The notes under the pieces are model-generated. The model worked only from the letters and a program-made list of their open reading frames with translations, was not told where the DNA came from and ran no database searches. Of a stretch of DNA of 64,000 bases, positions 53,201-62,934 are shown one piece after another. Both the position numbers and the translations under genes were made by a program. The stretch comes from Dipteris shenzhenensis (taxonomy: Eukaryota). Within the stretch, counting starts at the first letter, position 1. The number at the start of each line of letters is the position of its first letter. Location of the stretch: the NCBI GenBank assembly GCA_047967505.1, contig CM106538.1; one strand, given 5' to 3'.

Positions 53201-56200
53201 TAATGGATTTTCTGAAATGAATAAAGACCTTCGGGGGGGTCCAGCCCGACAATTTGTCCTGGGCCCTAGTGTATGTTCAGAGAGAGGGAGTGAGGGAGAG
53301 CCTTTGGAGCATGTAATTCCGTCGTTGACGTGAAGCTATTGCTGTTTTTCCACACTCAGTGCTGTTTCGTCAATTACGGTTGTATCGTCAATTATCGGTT
53401 GTATTGGTATCAGAGCGAAGGTTCATAGCCTCTCAAGGCTGTGACGATTCTAGCAAAGGAGCTTAAGAGGAGCTAGCTGGTAGGCCTGCGGACGATTGAC
53501 GAAATGTCTTTATTAAAAGCATTAACGAAAAAGGCAGCCGGACAGACGGGAGTCACCGGGTGAAGGTTTTGCATCGCCAATCGATGCTCAATGCTATGCT
53601 TTATAGGCGCTTGCGCTGAATTGGTGATTTGTAATCTGTTTCGTTGGGCAGCCCTCGTCGAAATCCTGAGCCATAGTCGACCACAGGAGAAATGATGGTT
53701 CTGACGTAGAGCTAACGCGAAGCAAATAACTATGCGTGAAGTGATGCATAAAGAGGCTTAAGATATCTAGTGGAAAGCCCACGTAGGGTGCCGTGGAGAT
53801 TTTCGCAGGTGACGAAGGCGCTGTAGCGTGAGTCGCGAAAAGAGGCGTGGAGGTAGTTGTAAACCACCGCTCCTGTGCAAACGCAAGATTGACGGTCACC
53901 AAGGCGCGACGCGCGACGACGAACAGACTATGACCAAAGTTTGGGCAGGTTTGCAGGCGCTGACGTGGCGCGGGACACGTGGCAGAGGTCTTGCAAGGTG
54001 CTGATGTGGCACACGTGTGTAATCTGACACGTGGCAGGTGACGTGGCAGACACGTGTGGATTCCTGACGTGGCAGTACAGGTGGCAGTCAGCTTAGATGC
54101 TGACATAGCACTGACACGTGGCAGACAGGTGGTAAAACTGTGGTTAGTGTAAGTCTGGTTAGCTGGACTTTGATCAGATGTCCAGTTAGTTGGCCCAACC
54201 AAACCAGACCAGAGCAGAACCAGTCTGGTCAGTTTGACCAGACAGTAACTATCCAGTCACAGACTAACCAGACCAGAACCAGTTAGTCTGGTTAGACTAA
54301 CTAGCAGTTACTCCATCTGGTTACTGTTCTTTCAAAAAAAAAAAAAAAAAAGACAGTTGCAGAGACAGTTTTGGCTATCAATTTTCTCCTGCCTGTCAGA
54401 CTTTTACTGTCAGAAAAGTAGCAGAAAACCAGAGAAAAGCAGAGAAAACAGAGATTTGCAGAAAAAAGGGTATGCATGCCTTTGAGCAGTAAAAAGAGGG
54501 AAAAACAGATGCCTTTTGAAGCCATCTGCAGCAGCCAGAAAAGGGCAATATAGTTGATGATGCTTTGGCAACTTCCAGTACTGGCATAGATTGTGAATGC
54601 AAAACACCTCTTGTTGAGGTACTTTTTCTGTTGGAAAAGCAAAGGTAGTGTGCATTAGTTACTTGCACAGTGTGAGAAAATCTGCAGATCTCAGAATATG
54701 GATCAATCACCTATCCAGTGGGATTCTCAAGATAGGGATGTGCATCCAAGACAGAGGAATGTGCCGCAAACTCAACAAGAATTTGAACAAATGGTACGCA
54801 CTCGTATACAAGAGCTGGAAAATCTTAAAAGGGATCCCAGGGCTCAGCATTTGTTTCCATTAGAGGCTATGCCTAATCCAGTATATGACGTGCCAATGCC
54901 AGAGGCACACTCTCGTGTACAGTCTGAGAGAGAGAGATCTCATAGATCTCATAGGAGACGGTCCCATAGTAAAAAGAGATCGAGGCGTCATCACCGATCT
55001 CCTAGTCCATCACCGTCTACCTCGAGTTCGACTTCTGTGTCTTCTTCTTCCTTATCAGATAAACCATCCAGGAAAAGAAGGAAACACGAGAAGTCTGGGA
55101 AGAGAAAGTCTTCCAAAGCGACCAGGGAATTTAAAGAGGGAGGAAAATCTGTTAAGTTTATGACCTACAATGGACAGTATGGTCATACAGACAAAGCATT
55201 GCAGTTTATCAGACAGTTTGATGCTGCATTCGGTACAGAGAAATTTTCAGAATCCTCCAAGTTAAGAATGGTCAGCTTACACTTGACAGCAACGGCTAGT
55301 GCATGGTGGAGTGCACTGACCACAGATGGGTCAGCCCCAAGAAAGTGGAAGGGCTTCAAGAAAGCCTTCTACGAGCAGTTCATGCCTAAACAGTTTAGAG
55401 ACCATGTTCTTCAAGACTGGGACAGCTTGCACATGGATGCAGGAGATACAGTGGACGGGTACAACCAAAAGTTCTGGGATGCTTATTTGCAGGTTGCACC
55501 GTTCAAAAAGATCTCCAAAGGTACCCAGATGAGAAAGTACAGAGCAGGTCTCACTCCAAGAATTCAGGCAGTAGTGAATGCTTTGGGGGCAAAGAATATT
55601 CAAGATCTCATGCATTCAGCCTCAGTAGCGAGTCTTGTGCCGCTACAAGATCCATCTACAGTGCCATCCTTGCATGCAGGACGTGCTGATAAAAAGAAAA
55701 CTGATTTTCAAAAATCAGAAAAGAAAGAGTCCCCTAAGGCTGAAAAGAAAGGGTTTCAGCCTCAGAAGCCGAGGGGTACTCAGTTCTCAAAGACCTATAA
55801 GGGCAAATCTCTATTCACCCCTGAACAGATAGCGGAATTCCGTAGAGATGGGAAATGCTTCATGTGCGGTAAAGAGGGGCATGTGGCTGCCTAGTGCCCA
55901 GAAAAGCCTTCATCATCGAAGGGAAAAGAGGCAGAGAAGCCACGAGGACCGCAAAAGCCAATGGCGGGGGGTATTCCTGATATACTGGGTCATGCTTTGA
56001 ACCCAGAAGAACGAGAATTGCTGCTATCATGGGGCAAAGTTAGAGACCAGCAAGCGCTAATTTTATTTGATCCAGGGGCTACTGATAATTTCATATCAGA
56101 GGATCTCGCCCTGAGGCTGGGAATTAAGACGGAAGAGTTAGGCAGGGCTTTGGATGCTGATCAAATGTTTTGTGGGAATCCTGTGCCAGTTACTCCCTTG

Positions 56201-59200
56201 ATAGGGAAGCTCCGTCTACATGTTCAGAGTTATGTGGATCAGGAAGACTTCTTCATTTCTCCACTGAAACATTATGATGTAGTTCTGGGGATGCCTTGGT
56301 TTCACCGCAAGGCAGTGAAGTTGACTCTTCCTGAAAGAGTGCTGGAATTTGTGCATAGGGGGAAAAATCAGCGTGTAATTGCCAGGAATAAAGGGGACAC
56401 TATCCCCATTGTATCTGATGTTTCATGCGGTAAAGCAATAAAGTCTGCAATTTCTGCGTACATGGTTTTTGTAAAAGAAAAAGAGAATGATATGCATGCT
56501 GAAATGAATGATGCAGACAAAAATAAGTTTCAGTTTCTTGTAAACTTTAAAAATTGCTTTTCTGATGTTTTGCCAGGGGAGTTACCCCCAGAGAGACCAG
56601 AAGATCATCAGATAGAGTTAATGCCTGGTAGTGAGCCACCAAACAGACCCCCTTATAGAGTCAGTGCGACTCAGAGAGAGGAGATTATGGCTCAGGTACA
56701 GGACTTGCTGTCCAAAGGCTTGATTCAGCCCAGCTCGTCTCCTTTTTGTTCCCCTGTACTGTTAGTACAGAAGAAAGATGGTTCATTCCGTATGTGCGTC
56801 GATTATCGCGCACTGAACAAAATGACCATCAAGAATAGATTCCCTATTCCGCGCATTGATGATGTCCTGGATCAGTTAAATGGAGCTTCAGTTTTCAGCA
56901 GGATAGACTTAAAGAGTGGCTACCACCAAGTGAGGATACAGCCTCAGGATGTGCACAAGACAGCATTCCGCACTACATTCGGGTTGTATGAATACTTAGT
57001 GATGCCTTTTGGGTTGACAAATGCTCCAGCCACATTCAATAGAATAATGGATCGCATCTTCCGGAAGTACAGGCATTTTACGGGTACTTTCTTTGATGAT
57101 ATCTTAGTTTTTTCTAAGACAGAGGAAGAGCACAGAGAACATCTTGCTATAGTGTTTCAAGAGCTGAGAAATCATCAGCTCTATGCAAACAGCAAGAAAA
57201 GTGAGTTCTTCTTGGAAGAAATCCACTATCTGGGGCATATAATATCCAAGAATGGGATACAAATGGATCCAGCGAAGATCCGTGCCATCCAGGAATGGCC
57301 AGAGCTGAAAACTGTGCATGAAGTTCGAAGCTTTTTAGGCTTGTGTTCTTACTACAGAAGATTTATCAGACATTTTGCTGATATCGCAGCTCCATTACAT
57401 GACCTTACTAAGAAAAATGCAGCCTTCACCTGGGGATTATCACTGAAGAAAGCATTCAACACACTCAAGGAAAAGTTGACTACAGAGCCTATTCTGGTAG
57501 TCCCGGATCTTTATCAGTCTTTTGATGTTGATTGTGATGCTTGTGGAGAATGTGTTGGGGCTGCATTGCATCAGAATGGTCATGTAGTAGCGTATGAAAG
57601 CAGACGACTTCGGGATGCGGAAAGATATTTAGGAATCTATGAGAAAGAGTTATTGGCTGTAATTCATGCTATCCATACCTGGAAACATTATCTTTTGGGT
57701 GCAGATTTTACTGTCAAAACAGATCACCAAAGTCTAAAATACTTTTTGACTCAGACCAAGCTTTCAGAGAAGCATATGAAATGGGCAAACATGCTGTCAA
57801 TGTATCATTTTCAGATTGTCCATACTCTAGGAATTCGGAACAGAGTGGCAGATGCCTTGTCCCGAAGACCCCAGGTCAATAATGTAACTATTGCATATCA
57901 TCAGGACCTGGAAGGCATGAGGGAACAATATGCTCATGATTCTGATTTTGGTGAAATTTTACAGCAGATGCAAGAAGGACAATCTACCAGTCACTATTCC
58001 CTGAAAGATGGGTATTTAATGAAAGATGATTGCCTATGCATCACCCAGGAGATGAGGAAAAAGATTTTGGGGGAATGCCATGCACCTCCCTATGCTGGAC
58101 ACAGAGGAATTACAGCAACAACTCTAGCACTAGAGAGGTATTTCTTTTGGCCAGGAATGCGGAAAGATATACATCAGTTTGTTACTGAATGCCTTACGTG
58201 TCAGAAAATGAAGTATGATAGACAGAAGGCACCTGGCCTACTTATGCCTCTTCCCGTGCCTCAGGCACCATGGGAAAATATTACAATGGACTTTATTTTT
58301 GATTTGCCGAGATCAAAGTCAGGGAATGATGGGATTTGGACTATCATTGATAGATTCAGCAAGCAAGCTCATTTCATTCCGGTTCGCAAAACCATAAAGG
58401 CAGATCATATGGCTAAGCTGTTCATGGCACAGATCTTTAAACATCATGGTATGCCTAAGTCCATTGTTAGTGATCGAGATCCCAGAATGACCAGTCTATT
58501 TTGGAGAGCTTTATTTGATAACATGGGGACGAATCTGAATTTCTCTTCTTCTTTCCATCCCCAGACAGATGGTCAAAGTGAAGTAGCAAATTCTACCATT
58601 TTGGATATGCTGAAATGCTACGTGGGTGACCAGAGTTCAGACTGGGAAAAGTACCTACCCTTAGTAGAGTTTGCTTACAATAATACAGTACATAGCTCTA
58701 CAGGGAAAGCCCCTTTTGAAGTCATATATGGAAAGGCGATTTTGCCACCTATATTGAGGACTAAAGATGAAATATTTGCAGCTGATCAGTTTGTAAGAGA
58801 CCTCCAGACAGCTTACAGCCAAGTCCGGACAGCAATTGAAAGGTCTCAAGAGAAACATAAAAAGGCTGCAGATAAACATAGGAGACAGCTAGATCTCAAG
58901 GAAGGGGACTGGATACTTTTAAGGTTTGAAAAAGCTAGGCTCCGCAAGTTTAAAGGCAAACAGAAAGTGTATGCAAAGTTATCTCCTAGATACTATGGCC
59001 CTTTCAGGGTTACAGAAAGAATAAATGAGGTTGCATACAGATTAGCATTGCCAGAGCATTGGAGGATTCACAATGCATTCCATGTGAGTCTTCTAAAGAA
59101 ATTTCAGGGACCAGAGCCTACAGAACCAGTATCAGAAGATCCACCAGAAGTGGATGAGCTGGAGGAAGTCCTTCAGCCAGAGCAAATTGTGTACCATACT

Positions 59201-62200
59201 GTACGTAAAGGCCCTCAGGGTAAGGAATTTTGCAGGTATCTTGTAAAATTCAAGAATTATACGGCATTAGATGCCAAGTGGATGGACGAAGACATGTTAT
59301 CCGATCATCCACAGCTTTTGGATGTTTACAAGGAAGCTTTTCAGTTGAGGTCAACTGAATAGAAGCCGAGGGGATGTCACCACAATGTAAATATCCTAAG
59401 TCAAAGTACAGTTGACCATTTATTCGATCATAATTAAAGAGTTTTATATGTGTTAATTACGGTCAAAGAGTTATTTTAATGGTCAAAGGATTGACTACGG
59501 TCAAAGATACTTGACTCTAGTCAAGTAAACCTGACTACGGTCAGAGAGTGTTGACTTCGGTCAACAAGACTTGGCATGCGCCAAGAGGGGTTAACCCCGG
59601 TTAACCAAGATGTGCCAACCTCGGTTGGAGAGACTTGGCTATAATTAAGGCGCCTTGACCTTGGGTCGAAGCTCATTAATTATAATCAAGAGTGTTGACT
59701 CCGGTCAATCAGAGAAAATATATATTTATTTATTTATATATATATATATATTTGTTTTGATGTGCACATGTGTTCAGTGGGGACGCCCACCGTGACTAGG
59801 ATTAGTCCACAGTGTGTTATTTGCATGCAAAGTGCTAACAATTAATGGGTACCATGGTGGTGCGCTTTTAATTAATTGTTGCAGGTACTAGGAAGGATTA
59901 TTTTTCCTAAGCGAAATGGGAGCCTGACAAGCATCTAGGAGGCGGTTCGTGTGACCGAGAGCTTTGAAGACTCCCGAATGGCCCTTAGAGGCTTGTAATA
60001 GATTTTAGTCTAGATTTTAGACAAGTGGCAGGTTGCCAATTTGAATGGGGCTTGAAGCTCTTGTAAAAAAAGGAATTCTTTTCACGTTTGGAGAGAGACT
60101 TACGAGACAGCTTGAAGCTGAACTTCTGTAATGGATTTTCTGAAATGAATAAAGACCTTCGGGGGGGTCCAGCCCGACAATTTGTCCTGGGCCCTAGTGT
60201 ATGTTCAGAGAGAGGGAGAGCCTTTGGAGCATGTAATTCCGTCGTTGACGTGAAGCTATTGCTGTTTTTCCACTCTCAGTGCTGTTTCGTCAATTACGGT
60301 TGTATCGTCAATTATCGGTTGTAAGGAGACCTAGGTGGGAGACCCACAGGTCGGCCCACCTCTGCCCATAAAGGGCCTCATAGGAGTGGGGCCACAGCAC
60401 CAAGGGGTGGCCACGCAGGGAGGCCCCCCACACAGGCCATTACAAAGCACCTCCATATGGGCTGCCACGCGGCAGTAAAAGGCCCTGGACAATAAAAGGC
60501 CCTGGACAATGGCGCCCTCCTGGGAACATCTTCCTACCCTGAGCCACCATGGGCTGCCCTCAGGTGGGGCCACCACAATGGCAGATCTGCCCTCAGCCCT
60601 ACACTAAGCTAACCTCACCGGGGGCCTGGGGGGGGGGCACATCTACAACAAATGCCCTCACTCATGACCTAACCTAACCATGTGACATCAGGAGATGCTG
60701 ACCTCCAACACTAAAAGCCTCACCTCCACTGATGGTAGTCACATTTGGGTCCAATCTTTAATCTATTCTGTGTCTATGTGTGTCCTGCTTCCTCTCTAAC
60801 TATCCTGTGTGCACTCTCTTCCCCATATTCTCTCTCACTCTTGAACTATTGCAACGTTTCTTTCTGCTACTCCCGTCAGACAAGAAGCCTCTGTTTGCTT
60901 ATGATCGGGTTCTACTCGTGGATTCGTCTAAAAGAAGTGGGATTTAAATATCAGCATGTGTTTCTCAGTATGTATTTGACGTTGTACAAGTTCAGTCACA
61001 GTCCATGCATACACTTGGTCCCCTTGGCCATCTTCAGATGTAAAAGCTCCATGCACTATGATCATAATGTAAAATAAATCGTAAAATGAGTAGTTGTGAA
61101 TGCAGAGAAGAGTTGCAAGGCTCTAATGGCCTTTACATGTTGCTTGGAGCACGGCACCTAGCGATCTAGACTCTTGTGGGTGTGTACAATCCAATCCAAG
61201 TATCTGTCTCCAAGTCACTCCTGGACCTAAAGTGAACATTGCAGTCTTGTAGTCTGATTGCAAAATGTCCAAAGAGGACGACACTATCCTTACGGATAGA
61301 GTATAGAAGGATGGACGGCTTGACTAGTTATGCTGTGACTGTCATCTTTGCAGGATTTAGAAACAAAGGGCTCTTAGTTAGCACACATCCTTGGCTGGTC
61401 GACCTTTAACATAGATCCCCTTATTTTTCAATGGAGGGCTTATCACAGTGCCTTATTCCAAGTACTGGAGAAGCCTGTGGGCAGATTACCAGTGTGCAAA
61501 CTCACTGCAAAACCTTGGAATCATATTAGGGGGGTATCGCTATCAAATTGCTTCTCTGTGAGAACCCCACAACACTCGTATACTCTTGCATGCTGGTGTA
61601 TAGTTCCCCAACTTTTCATAGAGGTCAGCTGTGGACGGGAGCCTAAGCTCAAAATATATTAAACAACCTGGGCAAGGGTTTCTTCCTGAGTGTATGAGCA
61701 ATCTTTCGCTATTGACCCTGCTGCGAAAGGAAAAAAATGTTAGTGTCTAGATTAGCAATAACTTAACGGCCTTGCTGGTGAGATTTGCAGGATATGTTTC
61801 TGATCCATACAAGGCCCTGAACAATCTGCAAATGCATTTCATGGTCTTATGCAATTTATGTAGTTGTAAGCCAGGTGAGAACAGAAGGTAGAAAGTAACC
61901 AAAGTTCTGCCGTGCTTTGGAATTTTAAGTCAAGGTAATCGATCTTGCATATACAGAGATGACTTGAGAATGTTCATGTTAGCATCCTTAGTTGCAGGTG
62001 AATAGTGCAAAATAGTAGACAATTGTATGTTATGCAGATGAGGGTTGTTAGATGAGCTCCATAGTCTATATCCATGCTGCTGTGTCTGGATAAAAATTTC
62101 TGGCTTTTTTCATAAATGAATGAAATTTGCATAGAATTGAATATGAAAGTCTAAACTAAAGTTGCCAATGACATTGATGAATTCGTAAATCATAATGCAG

Positions 62201-62547
62201 ATATCAGGCAAGGTTGCAGGCAAATCTTATGTACTTGGCCGCCATTGCTGACTCACAGCCTCAACCACCACCTGTCCAGGTTTTCTGCCGGTGTTGTGGT
62301 TGCTTGTTTTGACTGTTTATTTTGTCAAACAGTTTAACATTTAGCGCGTAAAACTTTGCAAGTGTATTAATGGTTCAAATCATGTGTCTTTGTCATCTCG
62401 CAGGTTCCTCAAGCTGCAGTTATGCAGCCTGGACTGCATTATATGGCTCATCAGCAAGCTCAGCAGCAAATGGCACAGCAGTCCCTTATGGCTGCAAGAA
62501 ATCCCCTTCAATACACACAACAGTCACTTTCATCACTGCATCACGCT

Positions 62548-62579
<32 letters not shown>

Positions 62580-62934
62580 GCAACATCAGCATCATCATCA
62601 CCATCAGCAGGCCATGTCAGCACAGCATGGAATGAACTCAGGTGGAAACAATAGCCTGACTGGTCTCCCTTCTGAGTCAGGCATGGGAGGAAATAATACC
62701 CTTAGTTCTTCAAGTTTCCCAGACTTTGGCCGTGGTGGAAACACGGGAGATGGCTTGCAGGTAAGCAGGGGTTTAGGTGGGGAGATGCGAGGAGGAAATA
62801 AGTTGGATGTAGGGTTAGCTGCAGATGCTGCTCATGGTACTTCTGGAGGTGCAAATGGAGGTGGTGGAGCAGGACATACCTCAGATGAGCCAGAGACATC
62901 ATATCTGAAGGGCTCGGAAGAAGAGGGGAACTGA
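32146..62934 (+). CDS. GIF: GRF-interacting factor (SSXT/SNH domain coactivator), join(32146..32220,38068..38144,62201..62279,62404..62934), 253 aa
   Basis: Spliced protein [72 protein letters not shown]-...Q/G-rich...[10 protein letters not shown]; all introns GT-AG with consistent phases 0,2,0. Confidence 0.93.
33237..34008 (-). mobile_element. Solo-LTR-like repeat in GIF intron 1
   Basis: TG...CA ends; minus-strand start TGTTGGAATTGACACC matches TGTTGGAATTGTCACC at 39352; no clean TSD; left boundary uncertain. Confidence 0.45.
34473..37113 (-). mobile_element. Non-autonomous gag-only LTR element in GIF intron 1
   Basis: LTR copies ~34505-34988 and 36554-37113, PBS TGGTATCAGAGC 36540-36551, PPT AGGAGGGAG 34989-34997, decayed gag with knuckle [16 protein letters not shown]; no pol; left end approximate. 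Confidence 0.85.
38068..38144 (+). CDS. GIF: GIF exon 2 (SNH domain)
   Basis: Acceptor [32 protein letters not shown]; donor GC|GTAAGT. Confidence 0.95.
39352..44738 (+). mobile_element. Non-autonomous gag-only Ty3/gypsy-type element with chimeric LTRs
   Basis: Shared LTR part ~39850-40726 / ~43929-44738 ending GGTTTCA; PBS-like 40728-40745; decayed gag to 42392 ([22 protein letters not shown]); PPT AAGAGGGGGG 43292-43301; no pol; no matching TSD found. Confidence 0.82.
42560..42720. repeat. Degenerate ~35-bp tandem repeat downstream of gag
   Basis: TCATGAGGTTTT..CAAAAT..GA.TGCTATT units, 4-5 copies. Confidence 0.65.
45780..46730 (+). mobile_element. LINE (non-LTR) ORF2 relic, endonuclease end to RT start
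   Basis: [46 protein letters not shown] resemble the LINE SxIDY, WFDxEC and KAxGxDG motifs in order. Confidence 0.45.
46900..47243 (+). mobile_element. Ty1/copia gag-knuckle/protease fragment
   Basis: [11 protein letters not shown] followed by [11 protein letters not shown]. Confidence 0.75.
47295..47502 (-). repeat. LTR fragment homologous to 52052-52222
   Basis: Shared GAGAAGTGCA..GGAGCTGAACAG and GGGGAAAACCTCT.CTCATATAGGCACCAAAATGCTCCAC...GAGGGAAGGGGGGCCTA. Confidence 0.8.
47914..50339 (-). pseudogene. Intron-containing hAT transposase (BED finger + DUF659-type core), disrupted and truncated
   Basis: CKYC...HY...C BED finger, [53 protein letters not shown] donors at exon ends; stop and frameshift present. 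Confidence 0.85.
50856..52005 (-). repeat. LTR-like repeat preceded by a PPT
   Basis: Minus strand starts TGTTG right after GGAGGGAG; ~51830-51945 homologous to 39360-39475; left boundary uncertain. Confidence 0.55.
52006..52051 (-). other. 46-nt internal domain carrying a PBS (tRNA-iMet type) and a PPT (TRIM-like)
   Basis: Minus strand: CA|GGGTATCAGAGCC-ACAGTTGGCTAGAGACCCGAGACGT-GGAGGGAG|TGTTG. Confidence 0.75.
52447..53403 (+). repeat. Gypsy 5' LTR (957 bp), TG...TA
   Basis: TGTCACCACAATG...ATCGGTTGTA, followed by the PBS. Confidence 0.95.
53960..54122 (+). promoter_or_regulatory. Dense G-box/ABRE cluster in the gypsy 5' leader
   Basis: Six ACGTGGC and five CACGTG (8 ACGTG cores) in about 160 bp. 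Confidence 0.5.
54698..55894 (+). CDS. Gypsy gag, ending at a TAG inside the zinc knuckle
   Basis: Retrotransposon-gag-like core (ASAWW...W.GFK.AF), [13 protein letters not shown]. Confidence 0.9.
   Translation: MDQSPIQWDSQDRDVHPRQRNVPQTQQEFEQMVRTRIQELENLKRDPRAQHLFPLEAMPNPVYDVPMPEAHSRVQSERERSHRSHRRRSHSKKRSRRHHRSPSPSPSTSSSTSVSSSSLSDKPSRKRRKHEKSGKRKSSKATREFKEGGKSVKFMTYNGQYGHTDKALQFIRQFDAAFGTEKFSESSKLRMVSLHLTATASAWWSALTTDGSAPRKWKGFKKAFYEQFMPKQFRDHVLQDWDSLHMDAGDTVDGYNQKFWDAYLQVAPFKKISKGTQMRKYRAGLTPRIQAVVNALGAKNIQDLMHSASVASLVPLQDPSTVPSLHAGRADKKKTDFQKSEKKESPKAEKKGFQPQKPRGTQFSKTYKGKSLFTPEQIAEFRRDGKCFMCGKEGHVAA
55961..59362 (+). CDS. Gypsy pol: protease, RT, RNase H, integrase, chromodomain (1133 aa, same frame as gag)
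   Basis: [60 protein letters not shown]. Confidence 0.96.
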   Translation: MAGGIPDILGHALNPEERELLLSWGKVRDQQALILFDPGATDNFISEDLALRLGIKTEELGRALDADQMFCGNPVPVTPLIGKLRLHVQSYVDQEDFFISPLKHYDVVLGMPWFHRKAVKLTLPERVLEFVHRGKNQRVIARNKGDTIPIVSDVSCGKAIKSAISAYMVFVKEKENDMHAEMNDADKNKFQFLVNFKNCFSDVLPGELPPERPEDHQIELMPGSEPPNRPPYRVSATQREEIMAQVQDLLSKGLIQPSSSPFCSPVLLVQKKDGSFRMCVDYRALNKMTIKNRFPIPRIDDVLDQLNGASVFSRIDLKSGYHQVRIQPQDVHKTAFRTTFGLYEYLVMPFGLTNAPATFNRIMDRIFRKYRHFTGTFFDDILVFSKTEEEHREHLAIVFQELRNHQLYANSKKSEFFLEEIHYLGHIISKNGIQMDPAKIRAIQEWPELKTVHEVRSFLGLCSYYRRFIRHFADIAAPLHDLTKKNAAFTWGLSLKKAFNTLKEKLTTEPILVVPDLYQSFDVDCDACGECVGAALHQNGHVVAYESRRLRDAERYLGIYEKELLAVIHAIHTWKHYLLGADFTVKTDHQSLKYFLTQTKLSEKHMKWANMLSMYHFQIVHTLGIRNRVADALSRRPQVNNVTIAYHQDLEGMREQYAHDSDFGEILQQMQEGQSTSHYSLKDGYLMKDDCLCITQEMRKKILGECHAPPYAGHRGITATTLALERYFFWPGMRKDIHQFVTECLTCQKMKYDRQKAPGLLMPLPVPQAPWENITMDFIFDLPRSKSGNDGIWTIIDRFSKQAHFIPVRKTIKADHMAKLFMAQIFKHHGMPKSIVSDRDPRMTSLFWRALFDNMGTNLNFSSSFHPQTDGQSEVANSTILDMLKCYVGDQSSDWEKYLPLVEFAYNNTVHSSTGKAPFEVIYGKAILPPILRTKDEIFAADQFVRDLQTAYSQVRTAIERSQEKHKKAADKHRRQLDLKEGDWILLRFEKARLRKFKGKQKVYAKLSPRYYGPFRVTERINEVAYRLALPEHWRIHNAFHVSLLKKFQGPEPTEPVSEDPPEVDELEEVLQPEQIVYHTVRKGPQGKEFCRYLVKFKNYTALDAKWMDEDMLSDHPQLLDVYKEAFQLRSTE
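59375..60323 (+). repeat. Gypsy 3' LTR (949 bp), TG...TA
   Basis: Copy of 52447-53403 with a handful of substitutions, an 8-bp indel and microsatellite variation. Confidence 0.95.
62201..62279 (+). CDS. GIF: GIF exon 3
   Basis: Acceptor [33 protein letters not shown]; donor CAG|GTTTTC. Confidence 0.93.
62404..62934 (+). CDS. GIF: GIF exon 4 (QG domain, poly-Q/His tract)
   Basis: Acceptor [17 protein letters not shown]...QQSLMAAR...[13 protein letters not shown]. Confidence 0.92.

Larger units (their letters stand above)
52447..60323 (+). mobile_element. Young full-length Ty3/gypsy chromovirus (7.88 kb)
   Basis: Near-identical LTRs, TSD AGGAG (52442-52446 and 60324-60328), PBS TGGTATCAGAGC 53405-53416, purine tract before 59375, gag-PR-RT-RH-IN-chromodomain. 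Confidence 0.98.
52052..60710 (-). repeat. LTR (~780 bp; 52052-52446 + 60329-60710) split by the gypsy insertion
   Basis: TG at 52052 next to the PBS, CCAACA at 60710; both halves flank the AGGAG TSD. Confidence 0.65.

Noticed and set aside
56060-57105. DPG protease and FFDD RT motifs as possible inactivating changes
   Set aside because: Both variants are common in plant chromoviruses
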